In this document: piece after piece, positions 12,587 to 24,400 of the stretch
How positions within the stretch are numbered: the first letter of the stretch is position 1
How the letters are laid out: every line of letters starts with the position of its first letter
Assembly: GCA_040954595.2 (NCBI GenBank)
Contig: CM082597.2
Location: forward strand, 8,204,343-8,268,342
Source: Balanoglossus misakiensis
Taxonomy: Eukaryota > Animalia > Hemichordata
Length of the DNA stretch: 64,000 nt
Reading direction: 5' to 3'
Translations under genes and position numbers: made by a program
The notes under the pieces: model-generated
Seen by the model: only the letters and a program-made list of their open reading frames with translations
Told to the model about the DNA's origin: nothing
Database searches by the model: none

Positions 12587-13100
12587 GTTATGTAAACAAA
12601 CTTTGTTCAAATAATGGCGCCGTGTCCCTGACCTGCAGTGCCCCTTAGAGCCTCGTTTTGATTTACATCCATGTACCTTTCCGTAAAGAGGCATTTCTCC
12701 TAAACTTTTGACTCAGATCCAAAGACAATGAAGAATTCAGTCTTCAAGATGTAAACTTCGCAGAAACATAAATAAATCAGTTAGATTGTTTTACCACATT
12801 TTGCAGAGAAAGGTTTTTGTTCAACGGTAAAATGGACATATCTCACAGTTTCCGAATTGAATTTTTCCACAAAAGGAGACATGTGTACGCAATTATAAAA
12901 GAGATAAAATTGTGAAGATATTGTCCATTGTAACAACTGCATTTCTTTAAATTGTCAATCAACTCTGTCCCTACTGATTTTCCATTCTGAGCTTCTGCGC
13001 ATGACACAGAATGATTGCTTCAAGTTGAGCTGTATTATTATGAGTACAAAAAACACACAGTTTTGCATATTATAATATAGTTTCAAAACGCTCAACTCAC

Positions 13101-13608
13101 GCCATTGAGAGACACTCTCCATTTTTCTCTGAAAAATCTGTCCTCCTGGGCCTGTGAGTCAAATTTCCCCGTCTCTTGTGATTACGCGTCCGTTGTCAAT
13201 CAGTCGAGCATCTATCCAGAATATTTCTCCTAGTCTAAGAATGACTAGTTCTTTTAAACTGTTTACTATAGCTGTGTGTTTTTCTTCGCTGTCATCTTTA
13301 ACAAGGCGAAGACCTAATCGCTCACAAAAATTGTAGGCAGAAAGATGATCCCTCTGCTTGAAAATCTGTAGGGTGACGCAACCTGGTAATCAAATAATAA
13401 TTTTAAACAATCACAAAATATAAGATATGTGATGAGCTCCTGTTTTGAGGAATTTCAAACATTCTGAAGATGCAAAACCCAAAATTAGTGTCTTACCTGC
13501 TTGCTGCAGTAATGTCATCGACAACATCACGAATGTAGCGACGAGCGTTAACTTCAAAGGTATTTCACGACATTCTTGTAACATCTTACAGCTTCTCCTG
13601 CAAGCCAT
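13101..13608 (-). pseudogene. Lectin-GAIN array copy D: leader exon and first C-type lectin exon only
   Basis: Exon 13608-13497 (MACRRSCKML...LTLVATFVMLSMTLLQQAG) and exon 13382-13101 (CVTLQIF...FCERLGLRLVKDDS...FWIDAR). A 1-bp deletion gives ATT-TGA where paralogs read ILTH. The downstream intron is cut by ISL2EU element 2. Confidence 0.8.
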
Positions 13609-15441
13609 GGTTGCGAGTTTGCGGCTAATCTGCGAGCATTTTATACATGAATATTTTGACAAATTATGTGTGTTTTGCAAAGAATTGTAACCACTGCAGA
13701 GAGAGAGATCGGGTCCTAAATGGTGACGCTGTGTCGTGCTCGTTCATTTATGCGCTAGATGTTTTCCCTCTTGTATTAATTATACACATGTTAAGAAATG
13801 CGTGACATTTAATGAATTTCTTTATGACTGTCGCAAGATGAAATTGAATTTGTTAATGTTACACGTGTTGCTTCCGGCTAATCGATAAAGTAAACAAAAG
13901 TGGTAGTAATCATCAAGGTGTCCGTGTCATAACCAGCGGGGATCGTATATAGAACGTCGGTTGGATACAAAAGTGGAAAACCGGCATATTGTCTTGCAAG
14001 TATACATTTCTCGAGTGCACATGTGAGATATATTTAATTACTTTCCCTTCAGTGCATTGTCGACGCTAATAATAATGCTACAATGCGGATTAAGGGGGAT
14101 TAACTTACCGGTATAGGGCTCTGAAGTAGTTACTGAAAGAGTGGCTTTAATTTATTTATGGCAACATATCTTATTCTCAAATTTTTGTAGTTCTAGAAAA
14201 TCAATTTGTAATATTCTACAGCCTCCCACGTCGTCCCCATTTGCATTATTCAGATAAATAAATTACTTGATAACTTACATTCCCCACTACATTTCATTTA
14301 TTTGCCGGTTTGCCTAGTGTACCAGGGCAGAGTACTTGCCACCCCACCCCACCGATGCTAACTTTGAGTGGAGTGGCAAAAGTAAAATTGGTCCTCCTAA
14401 ACATTGAGTTAATTTGCTTTTGAGTTCATTAAAATGCAACTTTGAGCTACACATTTTACAAAATTTTCTTAGGTGGGACACGACCAGCCCCTCCACTTTT
14501 CTTGTTTACCAATTCTACAAACTATTGTATTGACGTGTCATTTTAATTTATTCATATATTTCTTTATTTCAATGCTATACTATTATACACTTCAATTATA
14601 AATTCCTTTAAGAAATTTATAATTGCGTTGTCAGGAACCCCTTTCCCTTTATTGCACACAGTGTACATAAGATCACAATGGCGAATGTTTTCGGGGGGGG
14701 GGGGGAGTCATCATATGCTTGGGCCTGGCAAAGAGGGGGGTCATCATTTTTGGTCCTGGGTGAGGGGGGGGGGGGTTGGCCTGATTTTGAAAACCGATGA
14801 CACAACCTTGCCGCCCCCAGCAGAAAAAAACCTGAACAGTTGCTTAACTCTCATTTGATTCGTGGATATACACAATGCACAATAAGTGTACGTTTTAATG
14901 GCAACCAGAATAAACCAGAGCAACACAAGTCAAACGCATATAAAAACTCTTTCAATTACAGAAAACTAGAACTCCACCAATTAATGACAAGTAAAATTAC
15001 GGGTTATTACAATGGCAAGTGACAGTACTGGTTATTACAAAACAGAAATATTGATCCATGTATACATGTATATATCCAATCCTGGCAGATTACAAAGAAA
15101 TGTATAAATATCATCGTACTATATGAACAAAATCGATCATAGGCGCACCCAATACAAATTAATTTTAACGACACATCTGACTCTCATCAAAACGCTGCTC
15201 TTTCAGACTAGTTTGTTGGCACCTCTGGCTCAACGTACATCTATGTCTTTCACATTTAATACATTGTCAACAAAACTCGATTTCCAAAAAAGCTAAATGA
15301 ACACTTCTTGCTTCATAAAGTCTAAAAACAGATAACATTTTGGATGGTAAACATTTGTTTAGAACTCGTCCAAAAGGTTATTTTATAATTTCTGTAGACC
15401 AAACGGAGGCCCCTGTGCTAAACGTGGAATCGTCCATCGGA

Positions 15442-18400
15442 TTAAACAACTCCCACCATTGCACTGAAAACAGTCAGGTGATTACACAGACAAAGGGTAG
15501 AATTGAAGTCGGATTTTGGTGACACCTGCAAGATATCAAGCATTAAAAAAACGTGATGACAAAGCATTGGGCGTTTCTTTCCAAGTGAAACAAGATCAAA
15601 CACCTGGTTCACATCCCAGCGTTAATTTAAAAAACGAAAAGCGCCCTCACGTGAATCAGTACATTTTTTACGTTTACGGTATTTTCCTTGTGTCAGTATT
15701 AATTGTAAGATGCAGTACCTTGTTCTGCATTTTAAGTTTTTGTTGCATATTTATCCACAGTACCCACTGAAATCACACTGATTGCCACTTGTCTTAAATT
15801 TCATCAATCGCAAGTACATGGAGCATTTCAACTTTTGCAAAATTTAGAAGAAATTAATTTGTATACCTTACAACCATCATTTTGCCAGTTAGTCTCATCA
15901 AAGTAGCTACATCTGTGTTGAGTAGTGAGAACAGTGATGTCAACCCCATGGGCTGTAGGGAAAAAATATACACAGAACTTCGGTTACATCAACATATTCC
16001 ATATAAAACCAACTGGAGTATCTGTAAGGTAGTGTGCACCCAGAAAATGAAATTCATAAACTTTTGTATTATATTGCTAAAGGCAAAAGAAATACAAAAC
16101 GCATACCAAGTGTTTTGTGTACACCTTTGTATGGAGGCCGATAAAACGGCTTGAGCGCCCGTTTAATATATCACTTGATCAAATTGCAACATACAGTCAC
16201 AATTGGGCATCGACAAGAAGTAAATGTATTACAATCAGTAAGCATATTTAGATGGACCGTTCTAAGCTCGATAGTAAAATTAGAAAATTGGGAACGCTAT
16301 ATTCAAACCGCAAGATCGTAGTATAGCTTTCTACATATGCATGTTCGTTTTTGAAATTAAAAAGAATCATACACAGCAAAAAAGAAGAGAAAACACAACT
16401 ATGTGTTTCAATCAACGATCATTGTGCAATAGTTGTATTAAATATGTAAATACCACAATCTTACCACTAGTAAGGTCAAAGAATATGTAATACAAGCCCG
16501 TCCTGGTGATCTTTGCTTCTGGTAGAAATATGGATGCTGTACACCCTTCAAATACCAAGTCAGTTACATAATGGAAATCACTGTAGCCACCGACGGCGTC
16601 AAGTCTTTCCAGTGACATGTATGCTGTAGTAGTCTCGAAGACCTGCACTGATGCTTCCATGGTGATTTGAAATGCAGAGTAGGCCGATAGCGCCTGCAAC
16701 GAAAATAATGATAAATCGACGCATGATAAACTTCACATAATGAAATATGTGAGGTAACAGATAACACTATGTTTGAAATAACAACAATACCATTAATAGT
16801 CATGTTTGAGTTTTGCCCCGTTGATCAAATGGTTATGTTAAAGACTAGATCAGAAAACATGTAATGATCAGTGAATTTCATATAGTATGTGAAGATTACC
16901 GTTACTGTCAATGCATAGTTAGTGACTCCTTCACTTTCCACGTATACTCCTCTGACGATGCTTTCATTTATAGGTGTCTGATAATTACCAAGCCATACAC
17001 CGAGATCCTCTGATGCATTTTTCACTGAAAATAAAAATGTTATGTTATAACTCAAAGTAATTTCCAAAGTAAATTCACAAATTGGTCATTAATCTACTTA
17101 CGCCCTCCAAGATGAAATTATGAGCGAGTATTTGTATACAAGTATGTTGCTGGGTTTCTAGGTAAAGTTATTTTAAAGAAGGAATTCGCCTTTTCCAGTT
17201 TAAATGGTGCTTCGTTACGACAATGGTGACACAGGACATGCTCCTTGCCCAAATCAATAACCCCTTAAGACAAGGCGTTCCAGAGAGGCAACTTCTTTCC
17301 ACCGAAGATTTCAAGTATTTTTGTGAGTTCCATACGAATGTTAGGATGCCACTTTTGGCCTTAATGAAAACAAACCTTTAATCTCATTACCATCTTCATC
17401 TCTGAATTCTAAGGTCAGTATATCGGTAGTAAAGCCATATGTCTCATTTGCCAATCTGTGGGGATTTACACCCAAACGGAAAATCTAAAGGCAAAAAATT
17501 ACTTTTATTATTCTTGAGCATAATGACACAAGAAGACAGCAACAGGTATTGTACATAAAACCAAATATAATCTTTTAAATATAGTACGGGCTTATTTTTT
17601 TTTTAATGCAACGGATGCATTGACTGAACACAAATATCAGCCTATAGTTCATTCCATTAAAGGGACAAAGTCTCTCTCTCGCTGCCGTTTTTTTCCATTA
17701 ATTATATTTGATACAAGACACCGTTTCTTATTCTACATGTGGATATATAGTGAATGAACGTTCAACCACACACAACTTCCATCCCCCTTATAGACAGGAG
17801 AGTGAATAAAATCGCCAAAAAATAATCGTTCTTTACCATTTATTCATTTTGGGCGAGTTTTTACTCTCATATCATACAAGTGGGATAGAAGTTTTGTGTG
17901 GTTGATCATTGATTCACTATATATCCACGTGTACATTAATAAACAGTGTCTTGTATCAAACATAATTAATGGAAAAAAGGGCAGCGAGAGAGAGACTTCG
18001 TCCCTTTAATGATAGCAAGATCACTGGGACGTCACATTATATTTTAATAGTATACAAATATCAATATACAAGTATAGAGCAGTGTATGATGGAAAATGAA
18101 AGTCATATTTTTCTTCTGATTATAGACGTTGTATACGGACCATTCTGTTCAAGACTGTGTCCCACGACAATTGTGGAAACATACTGTCTGCTGGTGGAAT
18201 ATTGAATCCACTTCCATCTCCAATCATTACATTGGTGTCGCACAAGTCCTGCACAAAGTTCTTTTCCAGATGCAGCACAAGAGAAGAAGTGTTCACGATG
18301 ATTGGTCCATGTCCACAAATAGCCTCGCTCAGTATAAACATTGATAACTGGTCGAATACTTTCGTTATTATCTTTGTCAGGTTATTTGCCTGCCCAGGAT

Positions 18401-21400
18401 TCAGCTTCTCGCTCGGATTGGCGTCAAATAGGGACTGCATTCTGTCTATCACATTTTGCATAACATTCAGTGTTTCTGAAATATATAATTGTTGACATTT
18501 AAAACTTTCTCAGTCTATCGTTATGCATCGGCTCTTGCTTCATACGCCGGTGGAGAATAAGTCTGTCTCATTTCTCGTATCCATCAGCCTTTAGAATTGT
18601 CCAATGCTCAGTTTTTCTGAAAATGACATATTTGACGGTCACCAATTATCTGCATGATTTATTGAAACAAACGAAGTATAGTTGAAACATATCGATACGC
18701 TTAAGGATTGTATGGGTTCTACATTTCTGCGTATGATACACTATCGTATTTACATCATTGGATGATATTTAATGTGGACGGTGTTGAAATGTCTACTGTG
18801 ACGTCACAGATTCATTGTGGTTTTAAATTAAAATGATCACAATACCTTTTGCCAATATAATTCTTCCTTCAAATATGACTCTTTTATTTGAAAGGTCAGA
18901 GGTTAAAGTGTCCACCTTGTCAATTATACTAATACCCTGGCAAAAGAAAATACAGCTTTTTAACTATGTGGCTTCTGTTGTCACAAAATAGTCATATCCC
19001 ATAAAGACATTTAAAGTACGTTTAAGTGGATGTCGCTAACTTGTGGCTTTTTTACACTACAGTGCATTACATCAGTCTCAAATGATTGACACTTTTCTTA
19101 CAACATCTTCTGTTCGTAATTCATCGTCACTTATCTTGACCAAGCTCTCCCGCATCAGAAGTAAGTCATCATCTGAATGTTGCAAATGTAAAAGACAGAT
19201 GATGTGAGAGGTGCCAAAATATTATGTTTTGTATTTACAAAATTAAGAAGGCATTGGCGACTTTAAAATAGTACATGAATATATAACATTTTCAGGGGAC
19301 ATCTTTACTCCGTTGTCAACAAACTTTCATGTCAAGACAGTAATAAATAATTTCAATGTCATGCATTCCTTTATCTGTGTATACTAATGAAATCGGTAAA
19401 AATAATCTCATACAAAAGTCATCGCGAGATCGAACGCTCGAATCATGCAAATATTGTCCATGAAACATTTGAACGGAATTTTCATGTCTACACCGAAGTT
19501 AAGGCGCTGCAATAGTTTCAGTCATTGTTCCTTCTCTTCCTATACACTGCGGGACCATCTTTTGGCCGCCTTGTGGCAGAACAATTCAACTTTTGTTTCA
19601 ATTATCCATTTACTGAAAGCAGCAAGAGATGGTCCATTACACATATAGTCAGGTGGAGATTTGATAAATTGTGACCCCCTCTGGCATTTTTTGGTACAAG
19701 CAAACCAAATATGTTTTTCGGTCAATTCGACTACGCTGATTTCGAAAATGCTTGTTCCCAAAAGATCTTTTTGAGATAAGAGCCTCGTTTTGGCAAATCA
19801 AATATGGCCGCCAAGGATCGCAATTCTCACATGAATAGCATCAAAGAAATGTTCACTTACCTCCTTAAACAATGAAACTAAACTACATGTTTACATCAAC
19901 AACTTTTTTTGGTTGTATAAACACAAAATAGTAACAATTAAACAATAATTATGCAAGCATTTGCATATTGTATGAATAATTCGTTGATTTTTGGCTACCA
20001 AATAATAATAAAGCTAGGTGTAACAGTACATGTACTGAAAACTCACAAGCATTGGAAAAAATTACCTTTTCTTTATTTTAACACCTTGTTCAAAACAATA
20101 CTTCAAGTGTGAAGTTCATTTTGAGATAAGAGCCTCGATGTGGCAATTCAATATGGCCGTCTAAAGCCCTGTAGTGGAGCGGCCAAACCCTAATTTTCAT
20201 AGCGATTGTGCATTTTGTGATAAAAGCACCAAACTTGGCTCAGATGTGTTTTAATGTGTACTAAACAAATTCAGATAGGGAGCCACTAAATATCTGTTGA
20301 TGAGTTTCCATGGCAACCAATTTTTCAAAATGGCCACCAATACAGATAATTTCACCCACCAAATAACATCTGTAAACACCAAGATAAATTTAGATTACTA
20401 TATTTGATACAAGGAACTATGGAAAGAATAATTTGCAAAGATATTATGGTTACTAAACTACTTATAGGGGTAAGTAAGTTATCAAAACACAATTTAAAGG
20501 CACAACTTTTAATCCCTTTCGGATTAATAGGTGCTCCTCTAGAAGTCAAACCATACTGTCTATGGTCAAACATTAGGCTAATTGCGATATTTAACTTGCA
20601 GTACGTAAATTACACATATGAATCACAACAGTTTACCACCTTAGCTAATGATAATCATATAAACAGATCACCGATATATTCGAATTGCACACGGATGTGG
20701 GCTTGGCTTACTCGTGACTGGTAAAATTTCCTTATCAACTTTGTGACGATATTCTGTGATATAGCATAATTGTATGTACTTGTAATTGTCTTTCTAGAGT
20801 TTACGCCCTCGGTGGTGAGATTTAGTATATTGAATACGTGTGTTTTAGTAGCTTGGGGAGTCTTGAGGACCACCTGGTCTGACTACTTCCTAGGGGATTT
20901 TGATTTGATGGCAGCCATAGCGTTTGACGTGTATGATTTTGGATCCATAGACATCCTCCAACCATGTGAGTTTTGACTATCACTTTTCATCTCAACCTGT
21001 GGTATGTTTTAATAACCCAACACACTACACTGAATTGATGTCGAAATGTTTTGAAATTGGGCGTTTAGCCGTATGGAACTTTGATCTGTCAATGGACATT
21101 GCTGGTGTGGAATGAATGTGCGGTGACGTCTCGGTGTACTTTGGCAAGTGCACGAAGAGTATCTGCGTCGCGGTCAAGTCGGACAGGAGGAAGACCTGGA
21201 TGAATTACCAGACTCCACATGCATGCCAACGAGGACGATGTTTGTCGGACTTTATTTATTAGATTCAAGTTAAGTTAAGATAAGTTAAGATTGTAACGGA
21301 TTATTTTCATAAGTTTGACCACGTGGCGTTTTGATTGTCATGTCTGTATATGGTACTTTGATGTACGAGTAATATTTTCATGATTAGTAATTAAATCCCC

Positions 21401-24400
21401 AGGTGGAATATATTTTCGTAGATTTGATCGTTCGATTCGATTTGTCTAGTTCACGTATAGCCGTCGATGCGTGACAACTTGATAGGAGAGTCCACTGCCC
21501 GAAATAGACGTTGATCCAAACTGAGTCCGCGGTCGTCACGTTTATTGGTCGACAGACATAGGGCCTCAAACGCAATGCAATCTAAATGGACCCCGGGTAA
21601 CGAACCACGCGGCTTTGTTTCGACCACAATCGCCACCGCAGCGTTGACAACGATTTTTCGGGGCGTTGATGTTTGTCAAAATGCCATAGGAAATTAAAGA
21701 AACTTAAGTCAAATTGCTGAAACGTTAATAATCGACCATATGTCTTGATACTTTAGATCATGTATCAGTTCCACTCCAGCAATTTTGGCGACTGTTAACC
21801 GAGTTGACCAAAAGATAAATGGTGTCTATGATTCCAAACTCATAAAAATTACACCGGAGGACACAACATTATTTTATTTGTCGAGAATAGTGTCCATCAT
21901 GCCATAAATATTGTCAAAAATGTGTGTTAATTATAGAAACCCAACTAAATATACAAGCAGTTGACCTTTAGATTGGTAAATGGAAAAACAGGTCTTATTG
22001 CAATTTTCTGGGATTAGGTGCCCCAAGGCTCCCAACAAGTCACTTGGAATGTACTTCCATTCTAATATCTCAATGTGTAAAGATCTGACTTTGCAAGAGA
22101 TATTACGGAAAACTTAATTTCATTTAATAGCATGAAGTAAGCGAAATCTTACTCTTTACAGAAAAGCTGTGATCCTGAAGACTTTTGGTGTTTTGAAGCT
22201 TATTTTCACTTTATCATTTTATTCTTTGATTTTGGGGGTTCAAAAATACACAAAATAACATGTCAAAATAGAACTGCTGACTATCATCAAGGTGCGATTA
22301 AAATTATCGATAACATGAGCAATACAAAGCACTTCAAGCGACTTCATCAAAACGCTTTCCGAAGGACAAGTATTGGATGAAAAGTTTGAAACGGATTTTG
22401 ATTTTGATTCCTAACATCTATCTATGTACATGCACCCTAGACATAGTTTGTTTCTATAGTAACTTTAACAAACCAATCGACTGTCATGATACTGGCTTTC
22501 TGCCTCCATTTTATGGGGAAGTGATTCATTATTTGCATGAATCATTTGATGAAGATAAAATAGAAAAGCTGTATTCTGCACTGATTCAAACTGGTCAGAT
22601 CAATTTATAAGGTTGAGAAACAAGATGCCGTTTTTTCCTGGGTTGACTAAATTTGGAATTTTGTTCATCAAAGATATTTTTTATGGGGAAAATAACGAAT
22701 CAACTGAGCTTTACTTGTTAAACTTTTATCACAAAATGCCCAAATGTTACGAAAATTTTGTTTATGCCAGGCCACTCTTATAATATATATATATGGTTAT
22801 ACAGTGTTTTAACTAAGTTTGTTGTAACCGGGGTTATTACCAAACTTGAATTTCTTTAGCGACTGAATCTAGATCCTGTATTTACCCCTATAACTAGTTT
22901 AGTGTTGATATATATTTTGAAAATTACTCTTTGAGCAGTTTCTTGTTTCAAATATTGTAATATGAATTTATTGTGGTGTTTTATAATTCTTATTTTGTGG
23001 GTGAGATTATCTGTATTGGCGGCCATTTTGAAAAAATGAAAAAAATGGTTGCCATGGAAACTCATCAACAGATATTGTGGCTCGCTATCTGAATTTGTTT
23101 AGTACACATTAACGCACATCTGAGCCAAGTACGACACCCAAGTGGATTAAACATACATGTATATATGTTGCCTCACTGACACAATCTTCACTTTTCACAC
23201 AGTATCATATATAAAAACGTAATAAAAATACACATTACTCTTTACTTATGAAGAGAAATTGTTGTTAGAGACCGGGTTTCAAAAAAAACACCGAGGACGT
23301 CGGGCCATCAGTATGCATTCAACGTCTTATAACTAAGCATGAATATACGGTGCTGGCATAATGTGAGTGTGGCCATACGATGCTTTCGCTATTAATGAAC
23401 AACTTGTACGTTAACAAATGCCAGTTTTGTTGGCAAAAAGTATGTTTTTGGCTTTTCACAACATTGAACATACATTCATAGTTCAATAACTTGTGAATTG
23501 TGGACCTAAACGTTCATACGTTCAATGTTCTGGTGTTTTTTAACGGAGCGATCGGTCACGATGTTACCAACGAGCATGTACAGTCTAAACTAAATCGTCG
23601 TTGTGTATGTTTATTTGTTTGTTTTTGTTGTTTTTTACATACAAATATGAAAAGTTTCATTTCAGTTATTCATTAAAATGCAAACATTTGCCAAAAAAAC
23701 ATGTGAATAGACACCTCACAGGCCATAGTTGTATCATTAGCTTTCAGTTGTCAATTTTAGCATGACATCATGACAAATTAAGCTAATTTTGCATATTTTC
23801 CATGCTGCACCTTGTCTGACAAGGTAAACGATTGCATATTTGAATTCCTTGACCCTGAAAACATTGGAATAGACACCTCACTTAACACCGCTGGCTCTCT
23901 TTTGTAGACCATTGATTTTAGATGGCGCGTCGCCTAATTAACATAAATTAGCATTTTTACCAATTCACCAAATGTTTCTAAATTAAAACAATTGTGTAAA
24001 AATATTTAAATGATATAAGAATATGATTTCAATAGACTATTATGGTGTTGACCTGTGATATTGCACCATAATGGCTACAAACAGCGTTTTCTTTTAGGTA
24101 TTTTGAAATTATGACGTCACAAATTAATTTGCCATTTTCGACATGAAAACGTGAAAAGAATTTTTGGGAACAGGCAAATTCGAAATCAGCGTATTCGAAA
24201 TATCCAAAAACAACTTGTTCCCAGCTTGTACCAAAAAATGCCTGACATGCTTTTAAAATGCTCATTTTCTGAAATTTCCACCTAACTAATACGGGCATTT
24301 CCAATGTGACTCCCTTCCAACGCGGATAAATGTAATTACCATGTGTATGCATTTGTCGATTTTCCATGTATCATGGCATATGTTGAATGTATACACACCA

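Larger units (their letters stand above)
7332..12692. mobile_element. Full-length ISL2EU-type transposon 2 (5361 bp), 110-bp TIRs, AT TSD
   Basis: TIRs 7332-7441 and 12583-12692 (GCCTCTTTACGGAAAGGTAC...ACATAACATGA) with few mismatches. AT flanks both ends (7330-7331, 12693-12694), matching the AT target known for ISL2EU. Transposase on +, YqaJ on -. Confidence 0.93.

Noticed and set aside
13620-15440. Downstream TM/PLAT exons that would make copy C a normal PKD1-like gene
   Set aside because: Only a 3' flank, a Harbinger-like fragment and the next unit's upstream block are recognisable. Distant splicing cannot be excluded without RNA data.
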